The notes beneath the pieces were generated by a model. The model saw nothing but the letters and a program-made list of their open reading frames with translations, had not been told where the DNA came from and did not search any database. DNA of 63,915 nucleotides, filler included, from Choristocarpus tenellus KU-1152 (Eukaryota; Protista; Phaeophyceae): NCBI GenBank assembly GCA_964200185.2. It is 9 parts of 9 records of this genome, joined end to end, with 100 filler letters (N's around TTAATTAATTAA, not from the genome) between each part and the next. Parts side by side here need not be neighbours in the genome. Positions count along the whole stretch, not along the records: positions 33,018 to 41,127 come from CAXNAD020005130.1; positions 41,228 to 44,205 come from CAXNAD020023211.1; positions 44,306 to 56,294 come from CAXNAD020002036.1; 6 more parts are not named here. One strand, written 5' to 3'. The translations under genes were made by a program, and so were the position numbers. Below, one piece after another: positions 38,206 through 50,786 of this stretch (positions within the stretch are counted from its first letter, which is position 1; every line of letters starts with the position of its first letter).

Positions 38206-39390
38206 TTACAACAAGAATTGTGGACGCCATCCAGCACGTAGAGCAATCACAATACCTCCCATAAAGAGTATCACAACAGCAAACAAGCATTGACCCCATC
38301 GGAGAGGCCACCCTGCAACGATTCCATCGATTACCCCTCCTAAGAGTCCCACACCAGGGAAGGATAGGCCACGGAAAGGTATATCAGAAATATGTATCTC
38401 ATCTTCCAGATTGCTGGCAGCATCTTCAAGTGGAAGGGGTACTGATGGTGGAAGATGTTGGCTGTGTCAAATTATCTTATAGGGTAGAGCCGTGTCCGTT
38501 TGGGGGCCAAAATTCAATGTTGTGATTTTGATGTAATTTTGGCTATCGTGTTTGTTAGGAAGTCTCAATATCCTTATTCCGGACATACCTTTTCATAACG
38601 TATACATTTTACCTACTCTGAAACATTTCGGAGTAGGAAAGTGTCATAAAATAAAACGTGGGAAGTCAAGCCCCAAGCGGACAAACAGGGCAAAACACGT
38701 ACCCTCTAAATTCTTTCACTCGGCTTTACCGCGTGTTCTTCGCCTTATCTAGCTTGGTCTTCGACTCCCCATGCTCACCCCTGCTCATGTCCTTATCCTG
38801 CACCTCATCCTCGCAAAGTGAAACTGTTTGGAGAACATTCACAGCAACACGAACGCAACATCCATGTAAAAACAGGGTAGTGGTTGAAACATAAGGCTGT
38901 TAATCTGTTTTTCCTTGATACGATACAGTTCCACCAGTCAACACTGACTCATGATTGGTCTGTTACGCACTGGTCGTTACTGTTACTAGTCATCATGGCC
39001 ACATCAATTACCGTCAGAACACCGCAGTACAAAACAATCGCTCTGCACTCACTCTACACAGAGGAATAGTGTGCGTCACTTGAGTTGCATCACGTATTGA
39101 TTCAAGTTTGTTCTCTTGTTCTCTTGTTTGTTATTCTTTTTTCTCTCTCTCGTTCTTCTTATCAGGAGAAGATGACAGTTGTACGTTAATCGTTGAATAA
39201 TGTTTCTTTCTTGGCCGTCATTGATCCCACAAAATGCACCAACCTAACTCTGGAATAAGTGAATACCTAACATACACCTGGATGTAAATAATCAGAGTTA
39301 AAACCATCCACGGAAACCCTTGCCAGGCAAGGTAACAAGCCTCTCCACAGAGGATGGACTTTTCCCGTTGAGTATGTCATGAAAGAACAC
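38206..39390 (-). CDS. 3' exons of an unknown protein with a C-terminal transmembrane segment
   Basis: Exons ~39390-39278 (phase 1), 38823-38730 and 38461-38206 join in frame: ...LHP|VSLCEDEVQDKD...KNTR|QHLPPSVPL...CLFAVVILFMGGIVIALRAGWRPQFLL*. Confidence 0.55.
38464..38721 (-). mobile_element. MITE family A, copy A4, inserted in coding sequence
   Basis: Colinear with A3; perfect 4-bp TSD GGCT at 38460-38463 and 38722-38725. Confidence 0.92.
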
Positions 39391-40499
39391 TGAATTCACA
39401 TCACATCATTTTCGACGGAGAGATCAATGACCTCGGTCACAGCAGAATAAATACATCGGTGCTTTGCGGCACAATCACATCTATTCACAACACAGACTAC
39501 GAATATTACTAATAGGTGCTTTGCAACACCATGATTCCTCATCGCTCGTAGTCTACGCATTTTGCTTACATGTACGATACATTCGATTTAGGTTTCAACA
39601 GTAATTAAACAGAAGAGATATTGAATTGGTCGAATACATCAGTATCCTGACCAATTAGAGGCCCAAATTTGACCAAACTGGTATGGGTTGGACGGCACCA
39701 TATTAAGCGTTTCTGTTTCTTCTGTTTGTGTGTGTTGAGAGATTTTTATCCACTCTGGCTCGGGGACCGGACAGTTTCTAAATCTTGATGGAGCTGGTTT
39801 GGACAAGTCAGAAAATGATGGAACCATTCTGTCGGGTTGGTGGTCTGTTTTTTCACATTTTCATGGACACTTGGAAGGCGGGTTAATAATACGCGTATGT
39901 AAGAATGGTGATACTCGCCTTGAAGTATCATACAACAGTACCTAGAAGTAGAGAGAACTCTCTAGCATAGAAAGGTTCAAATCTTTTCAGGAGCATCGTT
40001 GTTGTGCCAATGAAACGCGAAGACTAGAGGGAGAAGCGTCGTGTGCTGAAACGACGGTTGCAACTGAAGAAGGTCGAGGTCGAATGATCGTTCATTACCC
40101 ACGCTAAGGTGAGGAACTCAAGCGAGGGGTGGAAGGAGGGAAGGGTGTATCGTCAAGATCAGATGTGTTGTGGCAGTGATTCACCCCCATTCGCCTCGTA
40201 GGATGGTGAGTTGTGGATAGAATTCATTTCCACCCCTGACGTCGCGTTGGGTTAGGGTTCTTGGGTATTTTTTATCCTGCACGGGAACGTCAGGATATCT
40301 CGTGATGGAGCATGGTTATGTGCCCACATTTCAGTATCATCTTATGGCAGGAGGTTGAGGTCTCAGGGCGGTGACGACATTCGCTGGGTGGTGGACGCTG
40401 ATTTTTATGGTCTCGTCTGGGAGGCTCTGTCTTGTACTCAGAGGGCAAAGAAACCACCCTGAGACATCTCAAGTCCACAAGTGGTGAGAGGATGCCGTT

Positions 40500-40960
40500 C
40501 ACTCTCTTGTTAGTACGTACCCCCAATCAAAGTCCTCTGTTAGTGTTTGGACGAATAGCACCCGCATCGTATTGTTTGGATCTCTCCCATCGCGATCCCA
40601 TCTGGTCGAATAGTTTGCTACGTGCTTACTCCCATTCCACAAGACAGTCCCTCTTCCCTTCGTGGTTCCTCACTGTTGGTCGGTTTCCATGTGTAGACAA
40701 CTTCTCGTCGTCTGGCCACGTTCCACTTCACCGCAGCATTACCCTAGCATACCCACGGGGTGTTCCCTCCTTCCAAGGCCACCCTCCCGCCTGAAGCATC
40801 AACAGATTTTGTCTGAGGGCTTGGTTGTCCGAGATCCGAGACTCGAATCGATTGAAGCCGGAAGACCGAATGCACCTCGATCTTTTTTCCGTCTAGTAGT
40901 GGTAACCCGCTTAGCACTGGCATGCAAACTCCGAACATCGATGCTTGTAATGTGCAAGGC
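40500..40960 (-). mobile_element. Decayed Ty3/gypsy chromovirus-like pol 3' end
   Basis: KIEVHSVFRLQSIR (cf. integrase C-terminal IHPVFHVSLL), then chromodomain-like HEGKRDCLVEWE, then a G-rich tract. Frameshifted. Confidence 0.4.
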
Positions 40961-41105
40961 AAAGGATACGGCTGGGAGTAAGGAGCCTGCTAGGTGGTGA
41001 ACCTTCCAGATTAGTCTGTATGTGTTACTGCAAGAACTTGAATCTGATCTCGCGCGAGTCGACCCTGCGCACTTGACTTGATTTGTTTCTCTCGTGTTAG
41101 CCTAT

Positions 41106-41127
41106 GGGTCAAAGTATCTTAGGGGGG
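41106..41127. mobile_element. Terminus of a Sola2-like MITE at a contig end
   Basis: GGGTCAAAGTATCTTAGGGGGG. Confidence 0.65.
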
Positions 41128-41648
41128 NNNNNNNNNNNNNNNNNNNNNNNNNNNNNNNNNNNNNNNNNNNNTTAATTAATTAANNNNNNNNNNNNNNNNN
41201 NNNNNNNNNNNNNNNNNNNNNNNNNNNCCTAACCGCTTTCTCCCCCTCTTCAAAATGCTGCCCGCATTTTTTTTTGTCAACACCCCCCCCCCCCCCTGAA
41301 ACTATTATGTTCTTGTTCATCTCTAAGAAAAACGAAGAGCATCCTTCGCCTCAATGGCTACGCTGAACTATTGGGTTGACAAGTACTACTCGTTCCAGAA
41401 AATACTTCGTTACTCTGTAATTCCGTTTAGTACCACCTGTGATTGTGCGAATTACATACAAATATCACGTAAGAATCAAGAGCGGTATATTTTTTCGTTT
41501 TCTACCTGGTTGCTGCAGCACCCACATAACGTCTTGTTCCTACCCGTCAGTAGGCCAAATATCACCACTACACGATGCAGAAACGTCTTGAGATTTTGCA
41601 TGAAATGTGTCCCAGTTGCCCGGGAAATAGCAGATCAGGTTATTCTTC

Positions 41649-43698
41649 TCATCCTTTGAGGGAGAAGCCTCCATCTATAAGGTGGATGGAGCCCGTCACA
41701 ACAGAGGCATCATCACTTGCCAGGAATGCCACAAAGGGAGCGATCTGTACAGGAATATTATATGTTGCGTAGAACGGGTGGGATATAGTTGGGAGGATGA
41801 ATTCACACACGATTTACGCAAGTCAAACCATCTATCGTGCTCCTTGAGTTGAATAGAATGCAGTATACTGGCATACTACTACTATATAGTGAATAATCAT
41901 TAGGTTGTGGTGATGAGGTGCCTGAACTGTGACTCCAGGAAGATGGTTGAATTGATGTATGATATTCCTTGAGCTGAAGAAAATCTCGTATTATACGAAC
42001 GGATGTACCACTGTATAAATATATCCTCCAGGTTACAACAACATAGGTCCCCTGGTGCGAGGCTGGCATAGGCCTATCAGTCAAGGAGTCATCAATAAAA
42101 TTAAAGATTATACTTCATTGAGTAAAAGTTAAGAGAGCTACCCATGATTAGGGTTTTTCGCATCTTAAACGAGTTATATAATCTTTTACAATTGACAAAA
42201 ATTTCTATGGACGGAGTGCTAAGTTTGACTTAAGATTATCGCAATTTCTCTATTTGAAACTCTCAACATAATCTTTAAAAGTCTAATCGCATTTGAAAAA
42301 AGTCGAATTTTGTACAGAATTGTCAGCATCCTTAAATTAAACACCTCTTGTTTACTTCGACTCATCATTACACACAGACGATTTAGCGCACTTCAAACTG
42401 ATGGATGTTGCAGCATGCCACACATGCCATGAATACTACCTCCTAAAGATCTGCTTCCACATCAATGAAGATGTCGTGCACCACTTTGCAACTATTTGTA
42501 GACCAATTCATTCCACACATCTGCACCTCTATACAACCAAAAAATAGTTTGAAAACTAGCAATTGCTCACCTCTGAGGTGGAGGACATCCTCTTGTTTAG
42601 GTGAGCCCTCTCACCCCTGGCCTTCCTTGTTGCCTCATCCACTTCTTGCTCAGTCAGTTCCGTGGTAACAAAGCAAGGGGCAATGCCGGTGACCCGAACA
42701 TTGAGGGGGGCACCCTCAATCGCTCCATACTTCACCTTTGCAGTGGACAATTGACGGACTATTACTACAATGCATTACGTATAAGTTTGCAATAACATGT
42801 GTTGTGTTTGAGATACTTCAATGTACTGCAAGAATGGAGCAACGGAAACGAAGGGCTACTGCACGACACTTGTCATCAGAGCTTTGTTCGGCCTCATTTA
42901 GAACAGGTTCTTATTCGTTGCCTGTTTGAATGGAATACAAAGAGACAAACACACAATTCACGACACAAGAGGTCAACGGCACAAATCCAAGAAACACTTT
43001 ACCCATTCACAGCAAAGGGGAAGTGTTACACTCTTGACTAGCCTTGCGAAAGCATCATGCCAACACTGTTCATGCTATAGTAGTACTACGTAGAATGCAG
43101 TCCTGATCATGTGGAAAGAGATTAACCCAATGTGCTGCGCATATTCTCCTTCAGGCAAGCTCACCAACATGACTGCCCCAGCTTTGGAAGCGGCGTAAAT
43201 GCCCTCAGTGGGGAACCCAAACGTCGGCCGCTGGGTAAGGGCTGTGGTGTTGACCACTACTACCCCCTTATCACTGCACTTGGAAAGAGCAGGAAGCTAA
43301 TTAAGTTGAGTCCGAAGGCCACGTGGCAAACACCCGCAGAGTGAATGCAGAAGACGAGAGGGGCATGAGGAGGGTTATCAGCGGAGCAAGTGTGGAGGGA
43401 ATTTAGGTGGGGGAAAGACTTTCTAATGAAATGGAACTCTCACAAGAAGTCCGCATGGTTGGTTTGGTGGTATCATTCGTAAGGATGAACGTTCTATCAG
43501 CACCAAGGCCGCATTGTGCACCTGGTGCTTGAGAGCATATGCGACACTCTTCAGATTGGCGCCAATAAGCCTTTCCACGACTTCCTCTGTTATGTCCACA
43601 AGCTTTGTGGGCTGAAAAGCCCCAGCATTAACAAAGGTGATGTGCAGCTCACCATACGCCTCCAGCGCTTTTACCACCATTTTCTTGTTTTCCTCATC
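41649..43698 (-). CDS. Short-chain dehydrogenase/reductase (5' part missing)
   Basis: Exons with FVNAG (43698-43522), YAASK (~43297-43164), VRVTGIAP (~42735-42571) and FLASDDASVVTGSIHLIDGG* (41744-41649). Confidence 0.92.
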
Positions 43699-44305
43699 CT
43701 GTGTTGTGGGAAGGAGTAACCGCCGGAAGTAGGCCATGTTTGTCATTGCTGAATTGTATTAGTGCAAATCATAATATATAAGACTTGATGAGAAAATTAT
43801 TGCTATATTTTCAAGTATCAATGAAGAGTAAAAAAGGTTCTCACCACAACACGATAAGAATTCAGAAATCCACTGTATTACTGCACCCACATACTCTGTA
43901 GGCTAACATCTACAAAAACCACCACGACTACTGAATTTCTAGACCAATATATTGAGAAGAAGCAATGTTCATTTGACCCAGTACTGTTCATGTTGTTCAT
44001 GTTTTCCTTTGGCTCGGCTATCCACTCCTTACATGTACTATCCAGTAGTGCGAACATACATGTTGTTTGTAGTGTACGTGTATGAGTATATCCCTTCTGC
44101 ATACCTACAGGCCTGTTGACAGGCTAAACGTGACAGTCTAGGGAGCTGCTCCACTACTCAATATCTCTTCTGTGAGGGCCGAACGTACCTGGGTGGGGTG
44201 TGGCGNNNNNNNNNNNNNNNNNNNNNNNNNNNNNNNNNNNNNNNNNNNNTTAATTAATTAANNNNNNNNNNNNNNNNNNNNNNNNNNNNNNNNNNNNNNN
44301 NNNNN

Positions 44306-44430
44306 CAACATTTACAAAAAAAAACATATCAGCACTTTTTCAAGGTCAATTTTGGGTCAAACCCATCCTCCATAGTATGCTCCATCCTCAGTTTTGCTGA
44401 GACGCTGTTAATTGGAAGTGGGCGAGGGCC
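44306..44430 (-). repeat. Repeat family C, second copy
   Basis: Homologous to 23625-23750. Confidence 0.7.
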
Positions 44431-45382
44431 CTTGATTGCGCTTACGATGAAGGACTTCCACTGTTCATATATGAGGTGGGTATATGTTTGTCTTGGAGGG
44501 GTCCAGAAAGCACAATTTCCTGGAGTGTATACACCTGCTAACTTACCGCTTGGAAGTCCGAAATAATGTAAAGTTTGGGTCTGGGGGAACGGCTGGCCCA
44601 TGAGATGAGCCTACTGGTGTCTTCACTGCATGTTAAGGACACCTGGAGACCTTGAAATGATCTAAATGGTAATCTCCAACCACTGTCCCGTGCTAGACTT
44701 GCGTGAACGAATTAGTAGCGTATATAACTACTGAGATTTGGTGCAGTTACGAGATCAAATTTAGGCAATAGCGATTAATACAATCAAATGCAGGTACTGC
44801 TAATAAAACAAGATTGCAGATTCTCTTCCCAAATCAAGCAGTAACAAGGTGGGAAGGAAGACAACGTGTGCCATGTACCATTTTTTTTCTTTGAAGTGTG
44901 AACATGTCACCTCTGAAGGGAAACTGTCTATACTCAGGGTCCCTTGGCAAACACATACAAAGTACCAACCAAACACACATAACCTCTACAAGGAAAATAC
45001 GATATGCAAATATCAAATTATGGACCACTTCTATCCTAACCAAGTCCACCACTGAAGCAGTGTGCTCTGCTGCTACAGGGCAAGCGTTCACAGTCACCAA
45101 CCAATTGACTGTAACTGCAACACTTTGCAAGCCTGAAAATTCTATCGGTCACTCCCCACCAATAATGATGCCATGGTCGCATCTTTCAAAACATGTCATT
45201 TGATTATCTAGAATGTGGATTCAATGTCCACATTCCGAAGGCACAAAGGGGAAATATCTCCTGCACCAAAGGGGTTCAGATCCAAGAGTCAAGTCTCCCC
45301 TTGTTGATGCTGTTGAACCAGCCAGTCGAACGGTGACATCACAAGTCACCACTGCAAAAAGAAACCGTGCATGACTGAATTC

Positions 45383-48300
45383 TCAGTCGGATTTTGCCTT
45401 AGGCTTGGGCTCGACACCTTTCCACAGCAATGTTGCTGCCACAGCCCCTGCTGTGGGCGCCAGATGGTAGATGAGGAAGTGGTCCAGAGTGAGGATGCTG
45501 CTCTTATCAGTGTAGAAAGCCTGCAATAGGTGAGGGAATGTTGGAAGACAGTTTACATTTATCAGTACATCATATGGTAGGATGTGAGGGTCTGTTGAGA
45601 GTACAACACGTATGAGACACAATATTTAAGCACAGGGAAGGATAGAGTGCTCACATCAGCTCTTTCCAACACTTTGTGAAAACACCAGTTGGTGTTGGGA
45701 TAACTACTTTGATCTACATATTCCATCTGTTCACATTTAAAAAATGTTATGGCTGGAACACAATATTACAATTTCCCCCATAAGTCCCTACCTCTCTTCT
45801 TGGTGGGAGACTCTTTTAATAGCACTAGAATGCAAGGCAAAAAAATCACAAATCTCGGAGCACTCTGATTAAGAGGAAAAATCGCAGTCTTAATCTCATG
45901 TTCATAGATTCACAAACTCCACTCCCTGTATAACAACCCCACCCTTGTCAGTACGACAAACACCTACTCACCCCACTTACTAGTTACACACTAGGGCAGC
46001 AATAAAAACCACTAAAGAACATCAAAAGCACAATGAAATAATGGCGTTATGGTGTCTTACCCATGATAAGGCAATCATAGGGTTCATGGCGGGCCCACTC
46101 TTTCCCGCATTGTAGTAGATCAGAGCACGGATAGCTGTGGCAATCACCACACGCTGGGAAGGCAGACCAACCTGTAACAATAGAGGTAGGGTGGTCAGGT
46201 ATCAGAGGTGATAGAATGCGATTCTCAAACAACTGCTAAAAACTTCATTGAAGGGGTGGGGGAGGTTTCAATGTGTCAAGTCTTGAGACAACACCATAGG
46301 ACGGGATCCAGCACGAAAGCGATGACTTCAGAGGGATAAAATATCAAGGTCCTTCAGCTAACATTGTCGAACTCAAACAAATAATTCACCCCCAACGCTC
46401 TTTCTTGAGGTTGGAGGGGGGTTGAAACCCGGTGCTCGATGAAATAGAGGACCCCATCCACATAGATGGCAAGATATTCGTAACGCATGCAGGAGTGAAC
46501 TAAAATGATACTATCATGGCGAAGAAGGCATTTGACATCCTTCTACGCCACTACTTTAACAGACAAGAATCGGGACGAATTTTCAACACCCCACAAAAGG
46601 CCTTGCTTGAGAGTCCATGTGAGTCTTCTCACCCCCATCCCTCACTGTTCATCTGAGCCTTTGCATGACAATTGTAAAAACCTAACCCAATTTATCACGA
46701 ACTGGGATAACGCAGCTAAGACAGCTACACTAGATTATCTACTGCCTCCCTCCCGTTCCAAAACTCAACACTCAATGGCTCAACCACATTTCTGACACAA
46801 ACCTGCAAGGCGTTTTTTCTCCTTTATTGTGTAGGGCACCATGCCCTGTGACTAATAGATAATCCAAACTCAACCCAATCAATCAATCAATTCTCACTCA
46901 AGTTGATACTCAACAGAGCCCTTCTCGATGTTCACAGAACAAGGACATATAACATACGCAAAATCAAAACGTTCCTCCTCTTCCCCTTCATCCAAAATCT
47001 CAACTCCCTGCCGCCTCCCATACTTTTGACCGGGTTGGACACCGAGGAGGTGAGGCAAGGTTCTGTTGCGGACAAGGCCTGCCCAGTGGAAAAAAGTGGA
47101 AAAAAATATATATATTTTCTATATTTGCGCGCACCTGTGTGGCTGCAATGTAGATGATGACCATGAGGGTCATGGTCATAAGGAACTCGTACATGCAACC
47201 CTCAGCCACAGTGACACCTTCACCAAGGACCGGGCCACCCATCTTGTCAAGAACATAACCAGGCATCAGGTTGGTCATGATGGGGAAGGCATAGATTCCT
47301 CCAGCCATCTGGGCAACAACACGAACAATCTGTACACCGAACACATCAAGAGCAACACACAAAAGGCGTTTTGAGCGACAAAAAAGGAATAATGGCAAGG
47401 CCGTAGAAGACTGACACTGCATTGTGTCTGCTGGGGACTGGCAAGGTCCCATATTGCAGCTACTCGAGATAAAATGTGCTTTGTTGTAGTTGTGGCAGTT
47501 AAGATGCAAATCAAAACATACACCTGGGGGTTAGACATTCAAGAAACATAATGTCACACAATAATTTCAGTGACTGTAATGATTATGTCGCTCACGGAAC
47601 ACTTTAAATCAAGTGCAAAATTTCTTGCCATTTGAAGTCTGCACGAGATTTGAAATTTTCACAACATGGTCGTAACTCTTAAAAACTCAATTCCAAGTTT
47701 CAGTCATAACGGGCTCAACAGGTCACAACAGCACCATGGTCAAATCAATGCTTGCCTAAGGTGTAGAAACTGATTCTATTTCTTCAAATCTATCCACATA
47801 CAGGGGTGAGAGTATATTTCTCATCAGTATGCCATACCAATAGCTAGGAAAACTTGCATGATCTACAACGATCAGAAAAACCAGGGAGTTCCCTACACCA
47901 TAGCACTAAACTCAAATCACACACACAGTGTAAAAATCTCTGCACTATAGCACTGAACTCAAATAACACACTCAGAGTAAACCTCTCTACAACAGCCGGA
48001 CAAGATTCTTCTTTGTTGCACTGTAGTCCAAGAGAGACTTGAAATGTGATACCAGTGGAATAATTGGACCATAATTTCATCAAAGCAGGTGCAACATGCT
48101 GCCATCAACACTTGGTTGTACACAGAACAAAATTATGTATATATTGTGTCTAAATCTACAAAGCAATAGCACAAGTACCTCTGTATCTAGTCAAATTCAC
48201 ATTTTACACTGGTCGGGAGCTCATTAAAAATAAATTGCAGCCGAGTAGAGATCCACTTGGAAAGGCAAATCACAACAAAAACAACCCAACACGGGCACGG

Positions 48301-49434
48301 CTTTCCCCTGTATTACTGGAAGGTGTAAGCGAGGGCATTGAAAGATGTGTGTAAAACTGCGACATCTGCCATAGGTAGTGGAGAAAGCACATGGAGAAAA
48401 ATCATGGGAACACCTCTTACAGTGCTTAAAATCAAAAACTGGTCGCTCAATTACAAATGTAGAGCTTTAACAGCTTTCTACAAATTACACACACACAAAA
48501 ACACAATATGTACCCTACTCACTCTCCCCATCCCTCCCCATAATCCTAACGAGCACCCACTCTTGTCAAGTGGGTGAAAACTTCATGGAGGAAACAGACA
48601 GGAGTTGTACACAATCCCACGATAGTATAGCTAGCTCACAGAAGCCCACTACCGCTCCTGACTCCAGACGGCATACCATGGATTTGAAATTGTTCCAGCC
48701 GTAGAGAGTAGAGGCAATTGACACGCTGGGGTTGACCTGGGCACCCCCTGTGACATAATCCATCTATAGTCACACACAGAGAGGGTGGAGGGTGGTAGAT
48801 AGCACCGCAAGGAGAGGGCACATGAGGTGAGAACAGACAAGAGCAATAATTGACAGAACATGGACACATACGGTGCATTGTGGTCCCAGTGAAGAACATT
48901 GTGGTCCCAGTGAAGAACTGTATGTGGGAGACTGGCGTCCTCAGCATGCATACATGGGCTTTGAATTTTCGCAATTTTACATTTTTATCAAGATATACAA
49001 ATGAGAACATCGAGATTTTCCACTCAACAGTAGAGCTCGAAAGTGAAAGCATTTTCTAGTGAAGTAGCCTCACCATTATTACACAAAAGAAATGTTGGAT
49101 CCACGCTGAATATGTGTCTCCAAGGAAAGCATTGAAGGGGAATAGTAGCAGCAGCAGCATGAAACTGCCAAAGCTTTCCTGTCCCATACAAATGCATTGG
49201 AAAGAGGGGACAGGCAGAATGGTGAAGCTCTGTGATGATGAAGGCAGTTAAATAGAGATAAAGGGTGCAATTTCTTTTCGACTTCCTAGTAGATGGAAGG
49301 GGAGAGAAAGCACGTGTTCAAGACAGTGCGAGTCACGCTGTGGCAGAGCCAACCTCGAATAAAAGGTTCACAGAAATTATCACGAGGGAGCACCTGTTGA
49401 GAATCCTACAAAGGTCATTTGATAATCCGACCAT
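45383..49434 (-). CDS. Aquaporin / major intrinsic protein, LIP-type (NPS / NPM), ~238 aa
   Basis: Six phase-0 exons: 49434-49354, 49178-49074, 48763-48677, 47329-47135, 46171-46061 and 45520-45383. Motifs GGAQVNPSVS, AQMAGG, EFLMT, GPAMNPMIA and YHLAPTAGA. Confidence 0.93.
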
Positions 49435-50786
49435 TTAGGAGACTCGGGGACATGGGAGTTCGAGGTATAATTAACACTCGCTCATTCACTAGGATAGGAT
49501 AAGCCGCAAAATGTAGTCTCCGATGCAAAAGAATGCAACTACTGTTGCCCTGAGCAGAGTATCATCTAGCAATCATCTCAATATTGTCGATACACACCAC
49601 TAAATGCCACCTTACAGGCGTTCAGCGACCTTAAAAACGTTGAAATCTGGAACCTATCAAAATGGTCGCCAAGAGGTATGTCATCGTGAAATAGCCCGTT
49701 CTCCAAAGGCGTATTCTCCTTTCTTTAACACTCGCCTTTAATCTAGTTTTTCCCTACATCTTTAATTGAGCAATATCGAGCACGGCAACAGCAGTATCCC
49801 ACGTGTTGGGAGTTGAGTGTAAGAAAGTTGGAGAACCCACGTCTCTAAAATGGTCCGTTCCTACTCGCTTAGGTTCTACAGGAGCAACGGCAACCCTCGC
49901 ACAACGGCGGAAATACCTACGTAATTAAGCCTTCACTATATCTCTCTTTTTCCTGCAGGGATTTTGTGCTTGGGGTGGACAATCAACTGCATGAAGGGAC
50001 ACCAGTGAGGTTGCAAGATGCTTACCTGAAGGAACATTCCCACATATTTAGACATGTTAGGGTAACAGTTCCTACTCCACTAGTAAGAGTAGTGTGTGCC
50101 AAAGAGATTGGTGTTGACCACACAGAAAAATGTAGCCACTTGGGGCACACTCAAGTCCAAGAGCCCATACAAAGTGATGACTTGTGGAGGAATCAGGAAC
50201 CATGGGGCATTTCATAATGTATGGAGGCGTCGCCCACTGGAGATTTTAAAAGTGTTGGAGTTGTGTTTCCGAAGTTGGTTGTTGGGATTGTGTTTTCAAA
50301 GTATACCTAACCTGCATATATTCCTTGCAAGTCGAGAGCGCAACTGATGGAAAGGAAGGTAAATTTCATTGGTAGATCTTACTAGTGAGTTCATTAGGTA
50401 GGCCTCTGGGACAGCGAATGCGTATACCTGAATCTGTCTACTTGTGCACCTCGTAGGGCAGTCATTCGTTCTCCTGGCGTGTTGCATTTCAATTCCCATC
50501 TGAATAGGGGAGCCAAAGCAGAGTCCAAAATATACTGGTATCTATACTTACCATACGTTTTCGTACAGGGTCTGTGACCAGTCATGAGTTGGACGAGTCG
50601 GAGTAGATCGAAAGCTCGACAGTCTGATCTTTCGAGTTGAAACTAGTAGGGGCGGTGACGATTCCCTGGCACCTCGTTGGGAGAACCTGTCGGACTGGGG
50701 GTCAAAGTCCCCCCAGGTGAACACGTTATAACAAGGAGCCATCGTGGAAAGTAGTGATTGTCTTGGGTGATTTCTAGCTGTGAGGA

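Noticed and set aside
44329-44601. 90-aa ORF
   Set aside because: Its 3' part is repeat family C, and no domain was recognised.
49850-50350. Possible small gene between the aquaporin and RECQL4-like genes
   Set aside because: Requires a ~38-nt intron and has no recognisable motif; unsupported.
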